Below are positions 51,361 to 62,814 of a stretch of 64,000 nucleotides of DNA, one piece after another. A model generated the notes under the pieces. It saw only the letters and a program-made list of their open reading frames with translations, searched no databases and was not told the origin of the DNA. Source of the stretch: Sporopachydermia quercuum (Eukaryota); assembly GCA_001599295.1 (NCBI GenBank), contig BCGN01000011.1, positions 186,001 to 250,000 on the forward strand. The letters run 5' to 3'. How positions within the stretch are numbered: position 1 is the stretch's first letter; each line of letters starts with the position of its first letter. The position numbers were made by a program, and so were the translations under genes.

Positions 51361-51431
51361 GGATTTGTAGCTTAATGTAAAGTATTTAATTGTCACTTAA
51401 ATGGTTGCCTGTGCAAATCAAGTCAGATTCG
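51361..51431 (+). pseudogene. Mitochondrial-type tRNA-Asp(GTC) copy in NUMT
   Basis: GGATTTG/CAGATTC acceptor, TTTAA-TT GTC AC-TTAAA anticodon arm, TGCAAAT T-loop, one T-stem mismatch. Confidence 0.85.
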
Positions 51432-51732
51432 AATTAACATAACCTACACAAAAAATACAACAATACACATACCATGTATAATATATAAATATATATATCA
51501 TATATATATTAATCAAAATATAAATAATATGTCATTTAGAAAATCGAATGTTTATATATCATTAGCAAATAGTTTTTTATAGGTAGCCCACAACCTAGTA
51601 CATGAAGTTATATATATANCTTTGGTTCATTCCCCGTGGTTACACCCCAGGGGATATAAAATCGTTAGAATACTACTAATTATAATACAAGCTAATAATA
51701 ATCTTATCCTAAAATAATCAACCCCCGTCCAA

Positions 51733-51789
51733 GTTAAATTAACTCAATTGGTAGAGTGTTCGTTTTGTAATCGAAATGTTTTAGGTGCA
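51733..51789 (+). pseudogene. 3'-truncated mitochondrial tRNA-Thr(TGT) in NUMT
   Basis: GTTAAATTAACTCAATTGGTAGAG, TTCG-TTT TGT AAT-CGAA arm, breaks off inside the T-loop. Confidence 0.85.
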
Positions 51790-51899
51790 TTAATACAAAG
51801 AGAAGGTGTATATTATGGACAATGTTCAGAATTATGTGGTATACAACATTCTTCAATGCCTATAAAATAGAAGCAGTATCATTACCTATCTTCTTAGAA
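51787..51899 (+). pseudogene. cox2: cox2 C-terminal fragment (CuA ligands) with 1-nt deletion
   Basis: [37 protein letters not shown]. Confidence 0.93.
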
Positions 51900-52032
51900 A
51901 AATTAGAATAATTATAATACTTTAATAATAATTATAATTATACTATATAACTTATAAGCAAATAATATTAAATCTTTTTTATAGTATTTAATTATCTTAA
52001 TAATAATATTATAGCTCAAAATAAATTATCAA

Positions 52033-52222
52033 CTAGTAGTAGTTATATTATTAGTAGTTAATATATTATTAGGTACTAAAGATATATATTCTGAGAAATT
52101 AACACCATTTGAATGTGGATTCTTAAGTTTTAATCAAAGTTGTATTGCATTTAATGTAGCATTCATTTCAGTTGCTATATTATTCTTACCCTTTGATTTA
52201 GAAATATCTAGTATATTACCTA
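52033..52222 (+). pseudogene. nad3: nad3 internal fragment
   Basis: LLVVNILLG...[41 protein letters not shown]. Confidence 0.93.
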
Positions 52223-52753
52223 GATGTTCATTATTTGCTTCATAATTATTTTTCGGAAATCATTATATTTTCACTTTCTAATAACTTCCGTTTTTCTTTA
52301 TCATATATGGCACCAATTCTGCAAGAATATCTTTTGCACTCCAATTATAAATTTTCTTTTTTCTTTTCAATATCTTCTCCGAAATTTCTTCTTCGCATTG
52401 TAAACTTTTTTCATGTGATAAGAATTCAAAGCGGAGAAGAGACGTGGTGTATTCGTAATCGAAAATTTTTTCGATTGCCTAGTAAAGTAAGTACGTGCAA
52501 TGAGATGTGATCAATTAATAATAATCAATAAATAAATGTAGATAGTATATTTGATATGAAGTTGGTTCGAAGTGTGCCAAGGGTCAGTTAAGCAGTAAAG
52601 AAGCATATACGTATCAAAGTTTCAAATAGCGGTGAATGAAGATTGACTGCTCAAGATTCTCAAAGATCATCAAATATAGTTGCTAATAGGGCTATTGGCA
52701 TCAATCTACTGAGTAGTTCAGAACGCACACACAGAGACAGTAAAAAGTGAATC

Positions 52754-55228
52754 ATGACATCAGTAGAGGCCATATTTATTGGTGGTAATAAACAGTCCCA
52801 CGGTGCAGATTATAATGAAAATATAGGTCTAGTAGCGTTTGGTAGCAGTTGTACTATTTCAATATGGGATCCTCTCAATATTCAGGGTCTGAAAAGAACA
52901 CTGAAAGGTCATGACGATGAAGTAACAGTAGTGAGATTTATTCCTAATAGTAAACTATTAGTATCTGGTGCTCAAGACAGTAAAGTTTTGGTCTGGTCAC
53001 AAGATGGGAGTTCAGACAAGTATACAGTTGTTCAAACTCTTAATGAACATGATGAATCAATCACATCTGTAGGTTTCAGTAGTAATGGTGAGTTATTGTG
53101 CGTTGGTGCTTCAGATGGATTGATATCTCTATGGATTCGAAACGACAATAAATTTGAGTTTTTAGACAAATTCAGCGTTCAATATGGGTTTTTTCCAGTA
53201 AAACTCGAAATTGCAGAAGTTCCTGGCGTTGAGAATTCTTATATTCTAGTAACCGGTGGTACCAAGAATCATATATATGTCTTTAACATCAATCTCACAT
53301 CAGATGGTAAGCTCGAGTCAAGAGAGCAGACTGCAGTACTGGAAGGTCATGAAGACTGGGTTAAATGTTTAGATTTCAAAATAGTTGGTGCTGACATATT
53401 TTTAGCATCAGGTTCACAAGACAGATACATCAGAATATGGAAAATAGAGACTTTAGGCATAGAAGCATTTAAGAAGAAGGAAGAATCAAAGAGAAATGAG
53501 AATTTGATATTGTTCTTATCTACCAAGCAACATAACTTCACTGTTAAAAACACAGTTGTTTGCTCTATAACTTTTGAAGCTCTGATCATGGGACATGATG
53601 ATTGGGTTTCAAGTTTGAAATGGCATCCTGAAGAGTTTAGTTTGATGTCATGCTCAGCAGATACTTCGTTAATGGTGTGGAGACCTGACGAAGCATCAGG
53701 TATTTGGATCTGTTCTACGCGGCTGGGTGAACTAAGTATCAAAGGTGCAAGTACTGCAACAGGAGCATCTGGTGGATTCTGGTGCTCCCTTTGGTGTAAT
53801 AATGAAAAGTCTGAGCCAGGCTCAGTACTTGTAGCTCTGGGGAAAACAGGAGCTTGGAGAGTCTGGAGAAAAGAAAGTAATTCAACATTAGAAGATGATA
53901 GTAGCACACATGTTAACTGGCAACCTTTAACTGGTCCTACTGGTCATTTCAGAGCTTGTACAGACATAGCTTGGGAAGACAATGGTAATTATCTACTCAC
54001 AACTAGCGTTGACCAAACAACGAGGCTTTTTTCCCAGTGGAAAAAAAACAGTGATGGGACTAAACGTGAGAATCCAACGTGGCATGAGTTTTCTAGGCCT
54101 CAAATTCATGGTTATAATATGGTATGTGTTGCATCTTTGAACAGCAATAAGTTTGTTTCTGGAGGTGAAGAGAAAATTCTCAGAGTATTTGAACAGCCAA
54201 AAGGTGTTTCTCACATATTATCAAAATTCTGTTCAATTGAACCAGCCTTAAATGAAGAATCGATGCCTGAGTCAGCTGCTTTACCAGCATTAGGTCTTAG
54301 CAATAAAGCGGAGTTCGAAGATGGAAAATTAGATGTCGGAGGAAATGGAATTGAGAATGAAAACGCTGAGGAATCAGAATTTNATACTAAAAATGTGTCA
54401 TATGAAATCCTTAATGATCTGAAATATCCACCATTAGAGGATCATCTGCAAAGACATACATTATGGCCAGAAATTGAAAAACTGTATGGTCATGGTTATG
54501 AAATCACATGTGTTGTCGCATCCAATGATAAGAAGTTGATTGCTACTGCTTGTAGAAGTAATTCAGCTAATCATGCTGTTATAAGGAATTATGAAACAGC
54601 CAGTTGGCAAGAGTTGAAGCCATCATTAGCTTTCCATACATTGACTGTGACAAGATTACGCTTTTCCCATGATGATAAATATTTACTTTCAGTTAGTAGA
54701 GATCGTCAATGGGCTATTTGGAAACGGACCAAGAATCCACTACAATATGAAAAATGCATTGAGAATCTGAAGGGACATTCAAGAATTATCTGGGATGGCG
54801 TATTCTTGCCTGAAGACTTTGGTACTGATAACGAATATTACTTTGTTACCGGGTCTAGAGATAAGACCTTTAAAGTGTGGAAGCTAATAGACGGGGAGAC
54901 AGTGACTACTGAATTATTGACTACGTTAAAGATTGGTGAGTTTGTCACTGCTCTTGATAGTCATAAGGATCTGATCAATCAGAAAGCAGTGCTGTCTATT
55001 GGTCTGGAATCTGGCTCATTGAAGTTATTTACTATTACTTTAGATAGAGATCAAGTCAATGTGAATTCATTGATAGATATAGCTAGTGAGGATGGACCCG
55101 CGGGAAGAGTGAATCGAATTGCATGGTCACCAAAGAACGATGGCAAGGGTGGTGGTATTTATTTTGGAGCAGCGTCTGAAGATCATTCAGTTAGACTGTA
55201 CCGAGTCGACAAGAATATTGTTGTCTGA
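52754..55228 (+). CDS. ELP2: Elongator complex subunit 2 (WD40)
   Basis: LEGHEDWVKCL, SGSQDRYIRIW, ITFEALIMGHDDW, RLGELSIKGASTATG.SGGFW, HEFSRPQIHGY, TLWPEIEKLYGHGYE. Confidence 0.97.
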   Translation: MTSVEAIFIGGNKQSHGADYNENIGLVAFGSSCTISIWDPLNIQGLKRTLKGHDDEVTVVRFIPNSKLLVSGAQDSKVLVWSQDGSSDKYTVVQTLNEHDESITSVGFSSNGELLCVGASDGLISLWIRNDNKFEFLDKFSVQYGFFPVKLEIAEVPGVENSYILVTGGTKNHIYVFNINLTSDGKLESREQTAVLEGHEDWVKCLDFKIVGADIFLASGSQDRYIRIWKIETLGIEAFKKKEESKRNENLILFLSTKQHNFTVKNTVVCSITFEALIMGHDDWVSSLKWHPEEFSLMSCSADTSLMVWRPDEASGIWICSTRLGELSIKGASTATGASGGFWCSLWCNNEKSEPGSVLVALGKTGAWRVWRKESNSTLEDDSSTHVNWQPLTGPTGHFRACTDIAWEDNGNYLLTTSVDQTTRLFSQWKKNSDGTKRENPTWHEFSRPQIHGYNMVCVASLNSNKFVSGGEEKILRVFEQPKGVSHILSKFCSIEPALNEESMPESAALPALGLSNKAEFEDGKLDVGGNGIENENAEESEFXTKNVSYEILNDLKYPPLEDHLQRHTLWPEIEKLYGHGYEITCVVASNDKKLIATACRSNSANHAVIRNYETASWQELKPSLAFHTLTVTRLRFSHDDKYLLSVSRDRQWAIWKRTKNPLQYEKCIENLKGHSRIIWDGVFLPEDFGTDNEYYFVTGSRDKTFKVWKLIDGETVTTELLTTLKIGEFVTALDSHKDLINQKAVLSIGLESGSLKLFTITLDRDQVNVNSLIDIASEDGPAGRVNRIAWSPKNDGKGGGIYFGAASEDHSVRLYRVDKNIVV

Positions 55229-55604
55229 GCAGTGATGATAATATTACTGAATAGTCTTAATAACCATAATAGCATAAATATATGTGATTGTATAATGAAA
55301 GAATGAAATCATTTATATATGGTTTTAGTATTTTACTTGGTTGGAATAGGTTCGCAGTTGATACAGACATATTATCGAATACCTTTAAATACATAGCTAC
55401 TATGTGTGTGCCTCTCATGTGTGTGAAGCCTCATATTTGAACAGTAGATCGCTGCGGTTCAGTTGCAGCGCTTTATATTGAAGAGTACTTCTTGAGTACT
55501 TCTTGAGTACCCAAGTGACCCATTGATAATGACATCTGATTCAACAGCCTACCATATTAAACCTTTGGGTAGAACAAACCATTGATATTCCATCTTCTAC
55601 TAGT

Positions 55605-56558
55605 CTAATCTTTCTTGTTCTTATCATTAGCTTCCCCGATTGATTTGATCAGTTTGTCCACCTTGAATTTACGAATAATAACAGCTTCAAATATCCAATA
55701 AGGAACTAATGAATTAACCAATCTTATCAGAAAAGCATGAGATCCTTCCCAATAATACAGCTTATTAGACCCCAGATCAAATACGGGGATCCAACTGAAT
55801 AGTCTCCATTGTTTTTTCTCTACATTAACATCGTCACATACATTCTTCGCGTATGCCTCTGCACTTATGGGTTTGTTGTCCTTTGCCATAGTCGCNCTCG
55901 ACTTGATTATCGCTTTACCTTCTGGAACTTGATAATATACNCTATGTTCTTTCATAGGTCTTGGATCAGCAATATTGGTGTCTACACCACCAGTGATGAT
56001 GCAAGACACTTGTACTTTGAAAGGCTTCATTTCAATCCTCAATACTTTGGCATATTGGTGTATTGCTGCTTTTGTTGCGCTATAGACAGACCCCCAGGGA
56101 AAAGGTGCTACTCCTGCTAGCGAACCAGTGATGATGATTTTACCTTCAGCTGCAATCAACAGATCAGAGAACTCTCTGCACATTCTCATTACACCAAACA
56201 CGTTGACTTCGAAAACTGACGATACTTCGTCGTCACTAACATCTACGGCTGGAAATGAGCACGATTGGCCTGCATTGTTGAATAAAAGGTCTAGCTTTCC
56301 ATTAGATACTTTCAATTCTTCGGTTATGGTAGCATGTAAACTTTTGACAGATTCTAGGCTGGTTACATCAAGCTTGTGAGTACTGATATTGTTATGGTAT
56401 TCAGGAGCTAGTAATTCCTCCATGTTTGATAGGCTTCTAGCACAAGCGAAAACCCGGATGTCTCTTTTAGATAGTTCTTTAGCCAGCGCCTTACCAATGC
56501 CTGAAGAAGCTCCAGTCACTAATGCTGTCAATTGTTTTTCATTGTTCGTTTCAGACAT
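55605..56558 (-). CDS. AYR1: NADPH-dependent 1-acyl-DHAP reductase (SDR family)
   Basis: LVTGASSGIG, LFNNAGQSCSFPA.D, FEVNVFG, FPWGSVYSATKAAIHQY, TGGVDTNIAD.RP. Confidence 0.9.
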   Translation of the reverse strand: MSETNNEKQLTALVTGASSGIGKALAKELSKRDIRVFACARSLSNMEELLAPEYHNNISTHKLDVTSLESVKSLHATITEELKVSNGKLDLLFNNAGQSCSFPAVDVSDDEVSSVFEVNVFGVMRMCREFSDLLIAAEGKIIITGSLAGVAPFPWGSVYSATKAAIHQYAKVLRIEMKPFKVQVSCIITGGVDTNIADPRPMKEHXVYYQVPEGKAIIKSXATMAKDNKPISAEAYAKNVCDDVNVEKKQWRLFSWIPVFDLGSNKLYYWEGSHAFLIRLVNSLVPYWIFEAVIIRKFKVDKLIKSIGEANDKNKKD

Positions 56559-57506
56559 TTCGACGATTGGATAGTTGAATAGTTACTGAAAATACTATCT
56601 ACNTGGATATGATAATCACTATTTCCTACATATGTGTTCTATTTTTCTATGGAAAGTAGGATAGTTGTATGCTTCGTATTCATACATATATAATTGTTAG
56701 ATTAGCGAGTGAATGGCAACTAAAGTGAGGGGGTTTGAAAGTTCATTTACATGATGTAACAAGTGGTAAGGGTCTAGAATCTGAGGATGAGGATGCGTAC
56801 AAGATAATGAGTAGGTTACATAAATCCATTAGTTAGAACAAGGATTATAATTGAAAATCTTATAATTGAAACTGTATACAATAGCAGCACTAGAATTAGA
56901 TCAATTCGTCAGATTTAGTAACTACACTAATTAAGCTTGGATCAGTAATTAGATAAATCGAATAGTGTATTGGCGATAAATATTGGCCTGGGAAGTATGT
57001 TGCATTCAACAAGGGAACTACCTCGATTGTTCCCGTGNATCACGCGCAGTTAACTTGGTGCGTGAATTTCTTGACTGTGGTTGTCTTTTGACAGCGGTAC
57101 TCCTATATGAGAGTATATTTAACCTATGTGTCCAATTCTGGGCATTATTGTAGAGAATGAGAATGATGAGAATGAGAGATTCGTGGCGGATACTAAAACT
57201 CAATTAAGACCCTTTACTGTGTCTTGCATAATCCCCTCGTTTCCTGTCATTGTCATTCTCCTAGGTCTATGCCAGACCAAGTCATAAATTCATTTTCATA
57301 TGAAAGTGAAAAAAATGACAACAAACACGAAAGAAAATAAATAAAAACAGAGCATACGGGTATATATTAAGAAGTAAATATATAGAACTTAAAGATTGCA
57401 GTTGTATGTCAGTCATGGTCAATACGAACTGATTTCTTTACCATGTGACGATGAAGAACGTGGATCACCAATAAAAGTAGACGGTAGTAAATAGATCAAC
57501 TTCAAG

Positions 57507-58116
57507 ATGAGCGCAGCAGAAAAACTAAGTTCAAATGAAAACGTTGAAGAAGTAGAAGAAATCGAGATTGATATCAATAACAAAGAAGTATGGGATGATA
57601 CATCACTGGTAGCTGCATGGGATTCTGCAGTTGAACAATATAAGGTAAGTACTATTTCTTGAGGTGACATAATTTATAAAAATAGAGATAATCGTTGGTA
57701 ATAACGGCCAATAACAGTACGGTAGCCAGACAACAGGATACTAACCAAAACGCAAGAAATATCATAAAGGTGAANCAGCACCAACGACCGATAGCCCAAT
57801 AGATACAGAAACTACGCACGAGGAAAATATATTTGGAGATGGGGGTATCGATAGAGATTCTGTAGTAGGACAAAAGATCAGATACACACATAAAGAATCA
57901 AAGACCCTATCGCCAGAAGATACAAACGAAGAGCCAACTTCCAGAGAACAAATTCATGAAATCCCAACAAACAAAATAAAAGAAGCAAATTCTGCTAGCG
58001 TCAGTTCACACTTACTCGATGATCTAGAGGAACCGTTGAAGAACCTGGTCATGAGTTGGTACTGGGCAGGATACTACAAAGGATACTATATGGGAAAATC
58101 CGAAAAGACAGAATGA
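57507..58116 (+). CDS. SMN1: Survival motor neuron (SMN/Smn1) homolog, 165 aa; exons 57507-57644 and 57757-58116
   Basis: Gemin2-binding motif EVWDDTSLVAAWDSAVEQYK|KYH and YG box LKNLVMSWYWAGYYKGYYMG; 112-nt intron GTAAGT..TACTAAC..AAG; absent from ORF track. Confidence 0.92.
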
Positions 58117-59044
58117 ATATAAACACAGACCAAATAAAGGAACACTACAGGTNTGGAGATAAAGGACAAAGAAGAGAGATAGGACTAATTGACTCGAAGT
58201 TCATGCATGCTTAATAGAGATGTGCATCGAATGTTTTACTTCCACAAGCCTCCTTCGATGATGTTGATAGAGAAAATCGCTTAAATTCCGTTTAGTGCTC
58301 CAACNTTTCTAGATTGAACAGGCCAATGGAAGAATCAGGCCATACAGTCGTCAGCATTAATAAATCGTACATTAACCATGAATCAGTAGGATCAAATGAA
58401 AGNCCTGATTAGACAATCATTCAGCTACCCCAACTCAACTCACGCCAAAATACAATTAATGAATACGCCCCATTCTACAACATTACACTGTATCTTTATT
58501 GTTAATTGTACCTCTAACAATAAATAATTATCATATTTCTACATTTTCACACTATTCATTCAAACCCAGTCACAAATCAGCTATCACTGAGGCCATCATA
58601 TCATGCTTTTGTCCTGACTCCCATAAAGTAAACATCCTACATGTTCCTTTCTTTTCATTAGTAAAATAACATCAAATCTCATCTCACAAAAGTAGACCCT
58701 ATTGACATTAACTATGGCAGACCCTCAATATTTTTCATCAGAACCTTCTTCAAACACACTTTTCATCCATTAACTTAACTGATCACGAAGTTCAGCTATC
58801 CATCCACCATGATTCTTGAAACAGGATTGCACCAACTCATACCAGGATTAAGAGTTCCTCCTGGAGAAACCAAACAAGGTACATTTACTATACANATTGA
58901 AAATGATACAACAACCTGAACAATAGAATTACACTACTAGCATAATATTCATCAATTGTATAGTATTAAATATATAGACATATAATTTGCTTGATACTAA
59001 TNTAGATGATACATTAAGTCACACACGACACATATTCTATTCAA

Positions 59045-61783
59045 ATGGTTTCCAAATCTCGGACAGGTTCTGTCGATGGAGAAAACTCTAATGCGGCAAA
59101 AAGGAAGTCATTTCCTATAAAGCTGAAGCTATCAAGTAAGAAACTAGCAGCAGCAATTGCAAATTCCAAAGGATCCACTGATACAGCAGATCCTTCCGTC
59201 GAGGGCGGTGTATCAACAACAGAACCGCCATCAGGACAGAATTCTGAGACAGAAACAAAGCCAAAGCGTCGTGNCGGTAAAAGAAAACAAACAATCAACA
59301 CAGATAGGAATAAAACTGGATCCAAAGCTAACGGTCATAACAGTGACCAACCTAATACCCCAGGGGCTACACCAGCTAACGGGAATACCAATGGTAACGG
59401 TGGACCTGGATATACAGGTAAGAAACGTGGAGGAGCACGACCAATGCTGAAAAGCAGTGGAATTCAAAAGATTGACAATAAGCTGAAAACATCATTATTT
59501 CAACCAATGGTGAGTATCAATCAGAAAAACTACTATACTGATTATCTACGTAGAGATGATCAGTTACTTGCATATAAAAGGAAACCTATAAACGAAACGG
59601 CAACAACAGAAACGTCGAAAAAGGATAATGAAAAACCAATCAAAGAATTGAATGCAAGATTCGATTTAGAAAGCTTTATGTCAGAAAGAGACGATAATGA
59701 TAATGATGATGATGATGGTATATCAGATTCGGGATCAGATGGTGGTGAAGAACTACTGGGGTCTAAGATAATTGTCTTACAACCTGGTTCAAGATATATG
59801 AAAATAGGCTTGGCTTCTGACGTTTATCCAAAGACTGTTGCCAATGTAATAGCAATCAAAAAGAAATCTTTAAACAACGAGAATAATGGAAAGGAAAGCA
59901 ATTCCCCCAACTCAGTTATTTCACCACCGAGGTTAGAATTACCAGATGGTTCAATATGGCTAGGGAAGAAGTTTCATGATGGGAAATCCATAGTAACCAA
60001 AGATTTCAGAGAAAGAATGAGATATTATAAACGAAGAATTTTACCAAATTCCAACGAAACAGTCGCAAATTTCAACCAGAGAAGCTTACCTGAAAATATA
60101 CCTGATCACAATGACCCATATCGTGCTGAGTGGATTGAAGTGAATGACGAAATGAATGCTCCTGATTATTTAACTAGTGAAAGAGCACTTAGATTATCAA
60201 ATAATTCGAAACTGAAGTATCAATTAAGATGGCCTATCAAAAACGGTCAATTCAATGAGTCACCAACTGATTATTCATCGAGAGAAGAGCTATTCTCTGA
60301 TATAGCAACATTAATCACTGATAACTTACACCATGAGTTCAATTTGAATTTCCGTGACTTTAAAGACTATAAAATAATCCTATTGATTCCTGATTTATAC
60401 GAGAAAGAATACGTTCAAGGTTTTCTTAATTTATTACTACAAATGAAGTTTGAGTCTGTTGCAATAATACAAGAATCAGTCGCAGCAACTTTTGGGGCTG
60501 GTATTTCAACTGCATGCGTCATTGACGTGGGAGCTCAAAAAGTATCAGTAACTTGTGTTGATGAAGGAGGTTGCATTAATGATTCAAGAGTCAATCTACA
60601 ATACGGTGGTGATGATGTAACTGTAGCTTTTGCTAAACTATTGCTTCATTCTCATTTCCCTTATCACGAATTGGATCTGTGTCGAACGTATGATTTCCAA
60701 CTTATTGATGATCTGAAATCTAAGCATATATCTTTCCAAGATGCTGAGATTGCTATCCAGTTATATAATTTTTACCGTCGATGTCCTAATGAGAACACGA
60801 GAAAGTACGATTTTAAGGTGTTTGATGAGGTCATGATTGCACCTATGGGCTATTTTTATCCTGAACTGTTTGAGATAACAAGTTTATCTAAACCACTTGC
60901 TAAACTAAAAAATGGTGGGAATGGTGATAATAATAACGGCGATTTGATTGATCTGCCTCCTGGTATGGAAGATTTGAACTCACGCAGTATAACTGACACT
61001 CGAGCAGCTTGGAGACATCACCTTTTCCCTAAATCCAAAGATTTGTATGACGATTCCATCAATGAGACTGAATCAGAAGCTCAGAACGCTATTTTGAAGA
61101 ATAAGTTGATTGGACTAATGTCGCCTGATGAACTGGTGTCTACGATTGTTGGACCTTTCATTAATGAGAATCACACCGGTGCGAATTCAACAAATGTTGG
61201 TAGTCCATCTGTAACAAAGCAATCAACACCGGTTCCTAGTGAGAATGAAAGTAACAATGTAAGCAATAACAAACTCACCAATAATAATATTGATAACGAT
61301 AACGACAATTCAATTGCTGTTGCTCCTTTGGATTATGCTATTATTGAATCAATAGCAAGAGCTTGCCGAACGGATATCCCGAAGTCACGTCGTTTCTATG
61401 ATAATTTATTATTCGTTGGCGGCGGTGCTGCTAAGATCCCAGGGCTAGACCTTATATTATCAGATAGAATTGGCATGTGGCGACCAGAAGCGCTTAGCTC
61501 AACAGTTGCAGCTGAAGCTTTATTCAATGATGCTGATGTTCCTGTGCCATGGCGGAAGAATTCTGGTGGCAATGGCGTTCAATCGGTTGCATCAGTTTCC
61601 ACAAGTATTTATCCAATTAATATAATGCCACCACCAAGAGATATGGATCCTCAGATTTTGAGCTGGAAAGGCGCAAGTGTATTTGCTAAATTGAAGATTA
61701 CCAATGAGCTTTGGATATCTCATATTGACTGGGATATGTTTGGTAGTCGTATACTTCAGTATAAGTTATTATTTCAATACTAG
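59045..61783 (+). CDS. ARP8: Actin-related protein 8, INO80 complex
   Basis: INQKNYYTDYLRRDDQ, IIVLQPGS...IG.ASD.YP, RMRYYKRRILPNS, IQESVAATFGAG, PPPRDMDPQILSWKGASV. Confidence 0.96.
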   Translation: MVSKSRTGSVDGENSNAAKRKSFPIKLKLSSKKLAAAIANSKGSTDTADPSVEGGVSTTEPPSGQNSETETKPKRRXGKRKQTINTDRNKTGSKANGHNSDQPNTPGATPANGNTNGNGGPGYTGKKRGGARPMLKSSGIQKIDNKLKTSLFQPMVSINQKNYYTDYLRRDDQLLAYKRKPINETATTETSKKDNEKPIKELNARFDLESFMSERDDNDNDDDDGISDSGSDGGEELLGSKIIVLQPGSRYMKIGLASDVYPKTVANVIAIKKKSLNNENNGKESNSPNSVISPPRLELPDGSIWLGKKFHDGKSIVTKDFRERMRYYKRRILPNSNETVANFNQRSLPENIPDHNDPYRAEWIEVNDEMNAPDYLTSERALRLSNNSKLKYQLRWPIKNGQFNESPTDYSSREELFSDIATLITDNLHHEFNLNFRDFKDYKIILLIPDLYEKEYVQGFLNLLLQMKFESVAIIQESVAATFGAGISTACVIDVGAQKVSVTCVDEGGCINDSRVNLQYGGDDVTVAFAKLLLHSHFPYHELDLCRTYDFQLIDDLKSKHISFQDAEIAIQLYNFYRRCPNENTRKYDFKVFDEVMIAPMGYFYPELFEITSLSKPLAKLKNGGNGDNNNGDLIDLPPGMEDLNSRSITDTRAAWRHHLFPKSKDLYDDSINETESEAQNAILKNKLIGLMSPDELVSTIVGPFINENHTGANSTNVGSPSVTKQSTPVPSENESNNVSNNKLTNNNIDNDNDNSIAVAPLDYAIIESIARACRTDIPKSRRFYDNLLFVGGGAAKIPGLDLILSDRIGMWRPEALSSTVAAEALFNDADVPVPWRKNSGGNGVQSVASVSTSIYPINIMPPPRDMDPQILSWKGASVFAKLKITNELWISHIDWDMFGSRILQYKLLFQY

Positions 61784-61814
61784 TTGTGACCAGAAGTTAA
61801 GGAGTTAAGGAATC

Positions 61815-61854
61815 GGAAGAGAGAGGAAGAGAGAGGAAGAGAGAGGAAGAGAGA
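61815..61854 (+). repeat. (GGAAGAGAGA)x4 polypurine tandem repeat just after the ARP8 stop
   Basis: Read directly. Confidence 0.9.
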
Positions 61855-62814
61855 AGACGGCTGGTAGAATACACGGTAAAATAAATGGAAGAGGAAATGT
61901 AGTATAATAGATAGTCATGTCTTGTAGTAGGTATAAAGGGAAAAGTGGTAATAAAGAACGTAGAACGTAGAATGAATGGTTGAAAGTATGCTGTATTACT
62001 AGCGGGTAGGCAGACGATAGTATTATGGTACCATTTAATTTAGGAATTAAATACCTTTTGTTTGTTACTAGAAGCTACTTGAAAAGTTGTCAGCTTCTGA
62101 TTGATAATATAGTAATAGTAATAATAAAAAAAGTCTATAATTGTATGACACCTAAAAACCCTGCTATTTAACCATAAGATTGAATGAATGCTCAATACAG
62201 TATTCATTAATTACCTTCGGTAAAAGTTATTTTCGATAGTAAACAATAAGTAATACTAATTATAATACTAATGATAATTATATGACAGCTAGCTATGTTA
62301 AGGCAATGATGCTGTTTCCAGCTGAAAATGTAGTGGTTTATCATTGGGAAATGGCTTGAGAGCAAGTGATACTAATAGGAATAATGAAATGAGTTCCATA
62401 CTGATATTCTTACTATGCTCTATCATCTCTATTCTCTTTCTCATTTCTCTTACACATTCACTTTCTTACAGAAAAGCGCTACGTTTAACAATATAAAACA
62501 ACACTATGCTATAACACTAATACGATCTATCATACATATATAAATAATTAACGCATGGAACTAAAAAAAATGATGTGAAATGAGTCACATAGCTCATAGA
62601 ACCAATGGTGAAGATACTGGTTTAATATGCTAGTAATTGTAGTAGTTCTAGTGTACCAGTTCTCGTTACTCGAATAACAGTTACTCTAATAATACTATAG
62701 AACCAATCCACTATTCAATTGCTGGTAAAAAAAAATTGAGAACATGAAAACTTTGAGTTAATCGGATACTTCATACCATAACAAATTGAAAGAAGAGATG
62801 AGGTACTAATGGTT

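Larger units (their letters stand above)
51361..52222 (+). other. Nuclear insertion of mitochondrial DNA (mosaic NUMT); the AT-rich flank from ~51170 may also belong to it
   Basis: Very AT-rich; holds mt tRNA-Asp, a GC cluster (~51630-51654), truncated mt tRNA-Thr, cox2 3' fragment and nad3 internal fragment. Confidence 0.92.
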
